A DNA stretch of 32,000 bases from Copranaerobaculum intestinale (GTDB taxonomy: Bacteria; Bacillota_I; Bacilli_A; Erysipelotrichales; Erysipelotrichaceae): positions 60,001 to 92,000 of the forward strand of contig NZ_WUUQ01000002.1 of the NCBI RefSeq assembly GCF_009831105.1, given 5' to 3'. Every line of letters begins with the position of its first letter. Within the stretch, counting starts at the first letter, position 1. Below, piece after piece: positions 16,539 through 23,580 of the stretch. The position numbers were made by a program, and so were the translations under genes. The notes under the pieces were generated by a model. The model was not told the DNA's origin. It saw only the letters and a program-made list of their open reading frames with translations, and ran no database searches.

Positions 16539-16868
16539 AAATATGAAAAAGTGCTTTTTTATGATAATCTAATTGTCTGGGTAGCATTGATCCTGATAGG
16601 TGGTATATTCTTTCACTGGAATTTTACACAGGATATCCCAATGCTTTGAAACTATTCTGCAATGTATGAGTAATAGATCCTATTATCAAAATGAAAACCA
16701 GTTTTTAATAGTTTTACATGAATGATCTAAAATAAAGAATGAATTTTTGCGATTGCGGATTTATTAGTGATAAGAATATGCTTCTCTTACTATACATTAC
16801 ATTTTTTTACTGATGATTAAGGTGTAAATAAAAAATACACGTATATGGGAGTGAAAGGGGGAGCCAAA

Positions 16869-16982
16869 ATGTCATGGTTTGCATGGCTTGCGGCAGCTGC
16901 AGGGGCAGCGGCAGTCTTTAAAATTCTCACCAGTGGCCGCGGCCGCTTTAATTTCGGAGGCCTGTCACTTCGCTGGGGGTGA
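16869..16982 (+). CDS. Candidate small membrane protein (37 aa), not in the ORF track
   Basis: ATG 16869 to TGA 16980-16982 encodes MSWFAWLAAAAGAAAVFKILTSGRGRFNFGGLSLRWG. AAAGGGGGAG ends 5 nt upstream of the ATG. The ORF is GC-rich with GCN periodicity inside an AT-rich spacer, and lies 53 nt upstream of the next gene. Confidence 0.4.
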   Translation: MSWFAWLAAAAGAAAVFKILTSGRGRFNFGGLSLRWG

Positions 16983-17035
16983 TTTTTAGGCATAACATTT
17001 TTGTTTCGGCATAGTCTTTATTGAGGTGTATACAT

Positions 17036-17455
17036 ATGAATAATAAGAAACTGATCTACGCGTTCGCATGTGGACTGTCAATTTTATTTGCGGGCATCTA
17101 TTATGCGGTCTTTGTAAATCTGGGTCAGGATGAATCCAAGTCCACCGCCAGCGAAGTTACCTTATATATGAACCAGGTTGGCTTGTATAAGCAGCAGGAC
17201 AGTATCGATAAGATGAAGGCTCAGCTGGAAACCTATGGACTGGTTGGTTATCAGCGCGATATGGGTGATGTGACCGCGGTCGTCTGCGGCGTTAGCACAT
17301 CAAAGAAAGAAACTGTGAAGGCACAGGAATCACTTACTAAGAACAACGTAACATTTCTTTTGAAAAGTGTGAAAACCAAGGATGCGTCCGTTATTCAAAA
17401 AATTCATGATAAAGATTATGCCGGCGCATTGGAGATGATGAAGGAATCAAAGTAA
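17036..17455 (+). CDS. Small bitopic membrane protein with a SPOR-like (septal peptidoglycan-binding) C-terminal domain
   Basis: 139 aa from ATG 17036, with GAGGTG 6 nt upstream; the ORF track started at TTG 17021. N-terminal TM LIYAFACGLSILFAGIYYAVFV. The remainder has a SPOR-like pattern: YMNQVGLYKQQDSIDKMKAQLETYGLVGY..VTAVVCGVSTSKKETVKAQESL. The domain call is by eye only. Confidence 0.6.
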   Translation: MNNKKLIYAFACGLSILFAGIYYAVFVNLGQDESKSTASEVTLYMNQVGLYKQQDSIDKMKAQLETYGLVGYQRDMGDVTAVVCGVSTSKKETVKAQESLTKNNVTFLLKSVKTKDASVIQKIHDKDYAGALEMMKESK

Positions 17456-17460
17456 AAGAA

Positions 17461-18123
17461 TTGTGTGAACCGGAGCGGCCAAGGGAAAAGGCTTATCAAA
17501 ATGGAATTGAAAGTCTGTCAAATCGTGATTTAATTGCTATTCTGCTTCGTTGCGGCACCAAGGGAATGTCAGTTTTACAGCTATCTGATGAATTGCTGAA
17601 GAATTGTCGCACGATCAGTGATCTTTTAGATCTGGGTCTGAATGATCTGCTGAAGCAGAAGGGCATAAAGAAAGCGAAAGCATTACAGCTGCTGGCGAGT
17701 TTTGAACTGTCACGGCGCATTGCTCTGGATCAGACACAAAAGCAAAAAGTGCGAATTGAGGAACCGCAGACGCTGGCGAGCTGGTTGAATATGCAGATTG
17801 GTTTTTGCAGTCAGGAACATTTCCTGGTGATCTTTCTGAACACGAAAAATGAAATTCTTTCTTATCGGACGCTTTTTATCGGTTCATTAAATGCCAGTAT
17901 TGTCCATCCTCGCGAAATCTTTAAGGAAGCGATTCAAAGCGGCTGTGCTAAGATAATCTGCGCTCATAATCACCCTACGGGGGATACACAGCCCAGCGAT
18001 CAGGATATTGCAGTGACTCGCTGTATTAAGGAAACCGGAGAAATTATCGGCATTCCACTGCTGGACCATATCATTGTCGGGCGAAATCATTATCTAAGCC
18101 TACGCGAAAGACAGCTGCTATAA
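17461..18123 (+). CDS. radC: RadC-family (JAMM/MPN+ domain) protein
   Basis: N-terminal ERPREK..LSNRDLIAILLRCGTKG, a helix-hairpin-helix region, and the C-terminal JAMM motif AHNHPTGDTQPSDQD. The TTG 17461 start is uncertain because the RBS is weak. Confidence 0.85.
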   Translation: MCEPERPREKAYQNGIESLSNRDLIAILLRCGTKGMSVLQLSDELLKNCRTISDLLDLGLNDLLKQKGIKKAKALQLLASFELSRRIALDQTQKQKVRIEEPQTLASWLNMQIGFCSQEHFLVIFLNTKNEILSYRTLFIGSLNASIVHPREIFKEAIQSGCAKIICAHNHPTGDTQPSDQDIAVTRCIKETGEIIGIPLLDHIIVGRNHYLSLRERQLL

Positions 18124-18137
18124 GCTGTCTTTTATAT
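18109..18137 (+). terminator. Rho-independent terminator overlapping the radC stop codon
   Basis: AGACAGCT (18109-18116) pairs with AGCTGTCT (18123-18130), with a 6-nt loop, followed by TTTTATATTT. Confidence 0.65.
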
Positions 18138-18162
18138 TTGCCGGATTGATTGTAATTATTCG

Positions 18163-18191
18163 TTGAAACGTAAGCCGTTAACCCTTATAAT
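18163..18191 (+). promoter_or_regulatory. Sigma-A-like promoter for mreC-mreD-minC-minD
   Basis: TTGAAA (18163-18168), 17-nt spacer, TATAAT (18186-18191). Confidence 0.55.
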
Positions 18192-18218
18192 AAGGAAGAA
18201 TAGAAATTAGGTGAAGAT

Positions 18219-19061
18219 ATGCCAAGATTTACACGTATACAAAAAATTATCATCGCAGTGATAGCGGTGTTTATGGTGTTCGGCTTCATTACCAGAAGTA
18301 TGCAGAACGGAAACATGATATCTAAATTTGGATATGATGCCTTTACGATGCTGCGATACAGCCTGATTGAAAATCCCGTGGAGACCGTTAAAAACTGGGG
18401 CAGTGATTTCTCCGACCTCTGGGAAGCAAAGCTGGAAAATGATGAGCTGAAGCATGAAATGTCTAAGCAGAAGCTGTATAATGTTGAGCTTCAGGAACAG
18501 AAGCGTCAGAATGCAGAATTGAAAAAGCTGCTGAAGATGAATCATTCAATTACCGATTATGGAAAAATCGGGGCAAGTGTTGTACGACGTGATGCGGATA
18601 TGTGGAATAATCTGTTAACGATCAATGCTGGTTCTAAAGACGGAGTGAAGCAGAATATGGCGGTTGTTTCTTCCAAGGGAGTGATTGGTACAGTCAAGGA
18701 TGTATTCAAGCATACCAGTACAGTAAAGCTGCTGACGACAGAATCACCCGGAGAGAATATGAGCGTAAAAGTATCGGTTGATGATAAAACCAGTGTCGAG
18801 GGAATTTTGGAATATTACGATGCAGAAAGTGAACGTTTCATTGTAACCGTATTAAGCAACAGTAAGGAAATCAAAAAGAATATGAATGTGATCACATCCG
18901 GTCTTGGCGGTAAATATCCGGGCGGATTGTATATCGGCAAAGTGACCAAGGTCGAGGAAATGGACAATAAGATTGGCAAAAAGCTGTATGTGAAGCCGGG
19001 TGCTGATTTTAAAAACTTTGAATATGTCAGTGTTATCGATTACAGTGAGGATGCATCATGA
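18219..19061 (+). CDS. mreC: Rod shape-determining protein MreC
   Basis: 280 aa. N-terminal TM, a coiled coil (ENDELKHEMSKQKLYNVELQEQKRQNAELKKL), then a beta-rich domain (TINAGSKDGVKQNMAVVSSKGVIGTV..ITSGLGGKYPGGLYIGKV). Confidence 0.85.
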   Translation: MPRFTRIQKIIIAVIAVFMVFGFITRSMQNGNMISKFGYDAFTMLRYSLIENPVETVKNWGSDFSDLWEAKLENDELKHEMSKQKLYNVELQEQKRQNAELKKLLKMNHSITDYGKIGASVVRRDADMWNNLLTINAGSKDGVKQNMAVVSSKGVIGTVKDVFKHTSTVKLLTTESPGENMSVKVSVDDKTSVEGILEYYDAESERFIVTVLSNSKEIKKNMNVITSGLGGKYPGGLYIGKVTKVEEMDNKIGKKLYVKPGADFKNFEYVSVIDYSEDAS

Positions 19062-19615
19062 AGGCGCATGTATTCTATGTTTTTCTATGCTTCTTAATTG
19101 ATGGTATTCTAGCTGTGCTTTTTCCGAATTCGTATCTGCTCGATCAAATGATGTTCATACCTTGTCTTGGGTTTTCTGCCATGGTGCTCACCATCCGAGA
19201 AATGGATTTGGTAAATGCCTGTCTGTTTGCCTGCTGCTTTGGAATTTTCTATGATTTCTTCTATGCGCAGACATTTGCTGTAAATGCTGTTATTTTTACG
19301 ATTATTGCCTTGATTGTCCATACTTGGTCACGCCATATGACGGAGACGATCGTCGAACTTCTGGTTTTATGTATTTCGACAATTTTTGTCAAGGAGCTTA
19401 TGGTATATATTGTGATGAGCCTGCAGTCAGTTACGGACATGTCCTTGACGACATGGTTTATCAATCGGGAATTTCTTACCCTGATATTCAATGTCGGTCT
19501 TGCCCTTATCGTTGTCTTCCTTCTTCGCATCAAAGACGACTATCTGGAAATCAGAGACCGCAGGATACGCAGGGAGGAGCATATCCAATGGACGAAGTTA
19601 TCATCAAAGCGATGA
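19058..19615 (+). CDS. mreD: Rod shape-determining protein MreD
   Basis: 185 aa polytopic membrane protein. ATGA start/stop overlap with mreC. Canonical position after mreC. Confidence 0.8.
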   Translation: MKAHVFYVFLCFLIDGILAVLFPNSYLLDQMMFIPCLGFSAMVLTIREMDLVNACLFACCFGIFYDFFYAQTFAVNAVIFTIIALIVHTWSRHMTETIVELLVLCISTIFVKELMVYIVMSLQSVTDMSLTTWFINREFLTLIFNVGLALIVVFLLRIKDDYLEIRDRRIRREEHIQWTKLSSKR

Positions 19616-20166
19616 ATCAGCAGTATGTAGTAAAATGCCACATTCAGGATTTTTCACAATTTCAAATGCTATTAAAACAAAAGCTTCAATCTTGCGCTGC
19701 GCTGAAGCAGGGCCATTTTGATGCTTTTTTTGATGTCAGCCGCAAGCTGGATGATCATGAGCTGTATACAATCTTTCAAATCTGCAGGGAATCTCAAACA
19801 ACGATTTTGGGATTTACAACCGTAAAGAAAGCTGCTGGTTTACAAATTTGCAGACAAAAGCTGCACAGCGGACAGAAATACTTTTTTGATGCACCGACAC
19901 TTGTAATCGGAAATATTCCCCGCGATACATATGTCAGCTGCTACGATTCACTCTTCGTATTGGGGGAGGCTTCCGGTAATATCGATTTGTATGATCGTAG
20001 TGCATTGGTAGGCGCCTCAATATTCTCCCGCTGTTTTATCCGAATTTGCGATACCAGTTTCCAAAATGTGACAAATTATGCACCCTCTCAAGTTTACTAT
20101 AATGAACAGACACTGATATGCAGAGAACTGAAGGAGGAGATCGTATGGGACAATCAATTGCTGTAA
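19588..20166 (+). CDS. minC: Septum site-determining protein MinC (short, divergent)
   Basis: 192 aa from ATG 19588, with AGGGAGGAG 8 nt upstream. C-terminal beta-helix-like LHSGQKYFFDAPTLVIGNIPRDTYVSCYDSLFVLGEASGNIDL. Sits immediately upstream of, and overlapping, minD. The first 88 codons of the 19324 ORF in the track are an out-of-frame overlap with mreD. Confidence 0.7.
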   Translation: MDEVIIKAMNQQYVVKCHIQDFSQFQMLLKQKLQSCAALKQGHFDAFFDVSRKLDDHELYTIFQICRESQTTILGFTTVKKAAGLQICRQKLHSGQKYFFDAPTLVIGNIPRDTYVSCYDSLFVLGEASGNIDLYDRSALVGASIFSRCFIRICDTSFQNVTNYAPSQVYYNEQTLICRELKEEIVWDNQLL

Positions 20167-20921
20167 CATCGGGAAAAGGGGGAGTCGGTAAAAGCAGCGT
20201 CTGTGTCAATCTGGGAATGGTGCTTGCTGAGATGGGGAAAAAAGTATGCTTGATCGATGTTGATCTGGGGCTGAAAAATTTAGATGTTATGCTGGGACTG
20301 GAAAATCGGGTGCTGTATGATCTGCGGGATGCCATGGAAGGAAGATGTCCATTAAATAAGGCAATCCTTCGTGATAAACGTCAACCGAATCTATTTCTGC
20401 TCCCTGCTTGTAAGTCAGTCAATTTGCAATATTTCCAGGGAAGTGATTTAAAGCTGGTCGTACAGGAATTAGAAAAAACCTTTGATTATGTACTACTGGA
20501 TACTCCGGCGGGTATTGAATCCGGCTTTGTGCATTCTATCGCCTGCGTAAGCAAGGTGCTGCTGGTAACCAATTTGGATATTACCTCGGTTCAGGATGCG
20601 GATCGGGTGATCGGAATTTTGATGAAGGACGATATCACGGATATTCAACTCATTGTAAACCGCATGAATCCAAAATACATAGAAAAAGGCATCACGATAC
20701 CCCTTGAGGATGCCTTGAACTGGTTATCGGTTGATCTGCTGGGATATGTATTCGATGATGAGAATGTCATTCGGGCTAATAACCGAGGCATTCCCTTGAC
20801 CTTGGATCGCCATTCCCAGGTATATGAATGCTTTAAAGCATTAGCGCTGCGTTTAACCGGTCAGCCGTGTGCACTGCCCAAATATAAAGAAAAGAAACTG
20901 CTGCAGAAACTGTTCGGGTGA
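20145..20921 (+). CDS. minD: Septum site-determining ATPase MinD
   Basis: Deviant Walker A VTSGKGGVGKSS, then LIDVDLGLKNLD, with a C-terminal amphipathic tail KKLLQKLFG. I chose ATG 20145, which has AAGGAGGAG upstream, over 20118. Confidence 0.9.
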   Translation: MGQSIAVTSGKGGVGKSSVCVNLGMVLAEMGKKVCLIDVDLGLKNLDVMLGLENRVLYDLRDAMEGRCPLNKAILRDKRQPNLFLLPACKSVNLQYFQGSDLKLVVQELEKTFDYVLLDTPAGIESGFVHSIACVSKVLLVTNLDITSVQDADRVIGILMKDDITDIQLIVNRMNPKYIEKGITIPLEDALNWLSVDLLGYVFDDENVIRANNRGIPLTLDRHSQVYECFKALALRLTGQPCALPKYKEKKLLQKLFG

Positions 20922-20989
20922 GCGGCAGTTTTCTTTCGGTGGTATTTTTCTTGGATTGATGATAAAATGGTTACCAGGGAGGCAGGATA

Positions 20990-22102
20990 ATGTTGAAACG
21001 AAGTCTACATAAATTAAATGAAAAATTATCATTGCCGCTTTTGCTGAAAGTGATTTGTGTGCTGCTGATTCTTTGGCTGCTGAAAATGACCAATACGGTC
21101 TGGTCGAGCTGGCTTCAGACACTGATATCGATCTTTCAGCCATTTTTAATCGGATTTATATTAGCTTATATCATTTCACCGCTGGTGGATTTTCTGCAGC
21201 GGAAAGGAATTCCAAAAAATATTGCGATTCTGGTCTTTTGGATTGTGTTGATTGTTGCCATCGTAGCGCTGTTTATCGTACTGATGCCAATCCTTTATGA
21301 AAAGATCGTGGACTTCATCAATTCTTTGGTTAAGGGTGTGTACTGGATCAATTTAAAGGTAAGTGAACTCACCAATGGACAGGAAATTGCCTTATTAGAA
21401 AATGTTATTGATACCTTGGTGAAGTCGCTGCAGTCCTATGATACATGGCTGCCTAATGTGGTATCGACAATTCCAGGATTTATGAATACGTTTTTGAATA
21501 TTTTAACAACGACTTTATTTTCGATTATTATTTCAATTTATATGCTGTTTGATTTTACTAAGATCAAGACGAGAATCAAAAAACTGTTTGATCATTTCAG
21601 TCCGGAGTCGTCGGTGTATTTAACCGCGGTGAACGGCGAAGTATCGGTATATATTCGATCACTGCTCGTCATCATGCTGATCAAGTTTGCGGAGTATGGT
21701 TTATTTTATTATCTGGTCGGACATCAGGACTGGATGATCATTGCTGCGCTTACCTCTATAGGTGTATTCATCCCCTACTTAGGCGGTACGATCGCTAATG
21801 CAATCGGTATTTTAACGGCACTTTCTCTAAGCCCGTTTCGCATTGCTTGCCTGCTGATTGGAATCGTTGTGTTGTCCAATGTGGATGCTTATGTCATTTC
21901 TCCAATGGTTCATAAAAAACGCAGTGCACTGGGACCGCTGGTAACACTGTTTGCAATTTTTGCGGGAGGGGTTGTTGCCGGGGCAATCGGAATTATGATT
22001 TCCGTACCGCTGGCTATCGCGATTCGTACCTGGTATCTGATTTACATGGAGAAAAAAGGCAGTAAGGAAACTTTGTCAAAAGAAAGTATCGACTCTGTAT
22101 GA
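20990..22102 (+). CDS. AI-2E family transporter (PerM/YhhT-like permease)
   Basis: 370 aa polytopic membrane protein with typical AI-2E layout, including the C-terminal block NVDAYVISPMV..LGPLVTLFAIFAGGVVAGAIG. RBS GGGAGG. Confidence 0.8.
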   Translation: MLKRSLHKLNEKLSLPLLLKVICVLLILWLLKMTNTVWSSWLQTLISIFQPFLIGFILAYIISPLVDFLQRKGIPKNIAILVFWIVLIVAIVALFIVLMPILYEKIVDFINSLVKGVYWINLKVSELTNGQEIALLENVIDTLVKSLQSYDTWLPNVVSTIPGFMNTFLNILTTTLFSIIISIYMLFDFTKIKTRIKKLFDHFSPESSVYLTAVNGEVSVYIRSLLVIMLIKFAEYGLFYYLVGHQDWMIIAALTSIGVFIPYLGGTIANAIGILTALSLSPFRIACLLIGIVVLSNVDAYVISPMVHKKRSALGPLVTLFAIFAGGVVAGAIGIMISVPLAIAIRTWYLIYMEKKGSKETLSKESIDSV

Positions 22103-22165
22103 TCGATGCTTTTTTTATGTCTAATCCCTTTTTCAAACGCATATAGTTTGGTAGGAGGGATACAT

Positions 22166-22738
22166 ATGAGAAATATCAGAAGTGTACGCAGACGTATCCG
22201 CAGCCGGCAGTATGATCATTTATACCCTAAAGAACATAATCGGCTGTTTACCGTTATTTATCGGACGGTCATTGTGGTGATGTGTGTCACAGTACTTGGT
22301 CTTGGCCTTTTGATCAATAATAAACTAGGGCTTGTGGAGCTTCCAAAACAGCTTTCCAGCATTCATCTTGGGATGATCAGTGAGTGGCTGCCGTTTGAAG
22401 ACTGGTTTAAGCTGAAGGATGATAAGACAGTAGCTGCAGCACCGGCTTATCATTTGCTAAAGGATGATCTGTATGCGAATGGAAGCAATCAGGCGACCTC
22501 GATCTTGAATGGGGTTGTCATGCATGTACAGCATACGACGACGGATAAATACAGTGTTACCATCCGCCATGATAATGGAGTCATCGCTACCTACAGCAAT
22601 CTTGACAGCAGCGATCTGAAACAGGATGAACGCGTGCTGAAAGACGCGGTGATCGGTTCCTATCAGAATTCCCTGTCTATTGTCTTTATGAAGGATGAAA
22701 AGAAAATTGATCTGAGCACGGCTTTAAAGGCTTCATGA
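22166..22738 (+). CDS. Bitopic membrane protein with a degenerate LytM/M23-like C-terminal domain (SpoIVFA-like by position)
   Basis: 190 aa from ATG 22166, with GGTAGGAGGG upstream. Basic N-terminus, one TM (VIVVMCVTVLGLGLLI), and a C-terminus NGVVMHV..VTIRHDNGVIATYSNLDS..VLKDAVIGS that resembles the LytM fold but lacks the HxxxD and HxH metal motifs. ATGA overlap with the downstream M50 protease gene. Confidence 0.5.
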   Translation: MRNIRSVRRRIRSRQYDHLYPKEHNRLFTVIYRTVIVVMCVTVLGLGLLINNKLGLVELPKQLSSIHLGMISEWLPFEDWFKLKDDKTVAAAPAYHLLKDDLYANGSNQATSILNGVVMHVQHTTTDKYSVTIRHDNGVIATYSNLDSSDLKQDERVLKDAVIGSYQNSLSIVFMKDEKKIDLSTALKAS

Positions 22739-23514
22739 AAATACACTTTTCCTGGCTTTGGATACCCTTTAGCGCATTATATTTGTTTTATCATATGCAG
22801 AAAGTAATGCTGTGTATTTTTGCTATACTTGCTGTTCATGAATGTGCACATCTGCTGACAGCCCGCATTTTTCACTATGAAATTGGCCCGGTTATCATCT
22901 ATCCGTTTGGATTAGGTGCCCGCATTTATCATATCGGGCATGGAAATGTATGGAAAGAGCTGCTGATCATTGCGGCCGGGCCGGCAACCCATCTGTTCTT
23001 TCCTTTCGTGTTTGAGTGGTTGGAGCTCTCAGGGCTCATTTCGCAGTCATATCACAGTTATCTGATCCAGATCAATTCATCAATTCTTTTGTTTAACACT
23101 CTGCTGGTATGGCCCTTAGATGGCGGCCGTATACTACAGAGCATCTTTCACTTGTGTCTGCCATACGATGTTGCTCAGCTGCTGACCTTTGGCTGCTCGC
23201 TTTTTAATCTGCTGCTGATCTGTACCGGTCATTTGGTGCTCAATGCTTCTTCCATCCTCGTCGTGATTTTTTTGTTTCTGCAAATACTCATCGCTTGGCG
23301 GCAGCTTGCGATCGATCAGTTTCAGTTTTATATGTACCGATATCAGCATCCTTTCAATGGGCATTTGAAAGCACATGAGCATAACGATCTGTATCGGCAG
23401 CGAGAAAATCTTCTGCGCATGGGAAAGGGTTGGATAAGTGAACGTGATTGGCTGAAGCGTCATCTTACCCAACCTAAAGATATGGATGCGGAACACTCTT
23501 CATTTATGATCTGA
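22735..23514 (+). CDS. spoIVFB: M50-family site-2 intramembrane metalloprotease, SpoIVFB-like
   Basis: HExxH in a TM helix (AVHECAHLL), a second motif NTLLVWPLDGGRIL (NxxPxxxLDG), and AGPATH. Colinear with SpoIVFB as I remember it. Located after minD, as in Bacillus subtilis. Confidence 0.65.
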   Translation: MKIHFSWLWIPFSALYLFYHMQKVMLCIFAILAVHECAHLLTARIFHYEIGPVIIYPFGLGARIYHIGHGNVWKELLIIAAGPATHLFFPFVFEWLELSGLISQSYHSYLIQINSSILLFNTLLVWPLDGGRILQSIFHLCLPYDVAQLLTFGCSLFNLLLICTGHLVLNASSILVVIFLFLQILIAWRQLAIDQFQFYMYRYQHPFNGHLKAHEHNDLYRQRENLLRMGKGWISERDWLKRHLTQPKDMDAEHSSFMI

Positions 23515-23527
23515 GGAGTGTTTTTTG
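23492..23527 (+). terminator. Probable rho-independent terminator overlapping the M50 protease stop codon
   Basis: AACACTC (23492-23498) pairs with GAGTGTT (23516-23522), with a roughly 17-nt loop, followed by TTTTTT. Confidence 0.5.
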
Positions 23528-23580
23528 TATTCTAGAATATACGGGTTGGTTGTGATATAATGCTAAGCAGGAGGGCGTAT

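Noticed and set aside
16521-16649. 42-codon ORF (GTG start) encoding ..LIVWVALILIGGIFFHWNFTQDIPML, which looks like a TM helix and is possibly a gene remnant or small membrane protein.
   Set aside because: There is no ATG and no Shine-Dalgarno, and it begins inside the repeat/promoter element so it would mostly precede the predicted transcription start. It is kept only as a possible pseudogene relic within the spacer finding.
16869-16982. The GC-rich patch as a known ncRNA (SRP RNA, c-di-AMP/ydaO-type or other riboswitch) rather than a coding ORF.
   Set aside because: I cannot find the conserved SRP domain IV motif or any riboswitch core I can recognise. The strong SD, ATG, open frame and GCN periodicity fit a coding ORF better. 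This is not excluded, and is noted in the finding.
19324-20166. 280-aa ORF in the track that would be a large protein spanning mreD and minC.
   Set aside because: Its first 88 codons are an out-of-frame overlap with the well-supported mreD gene and have arbitrary composition. A strong RBS (AGGGAGGAG) precedes the internal ATG 19588, where MinC-like sequence begins.
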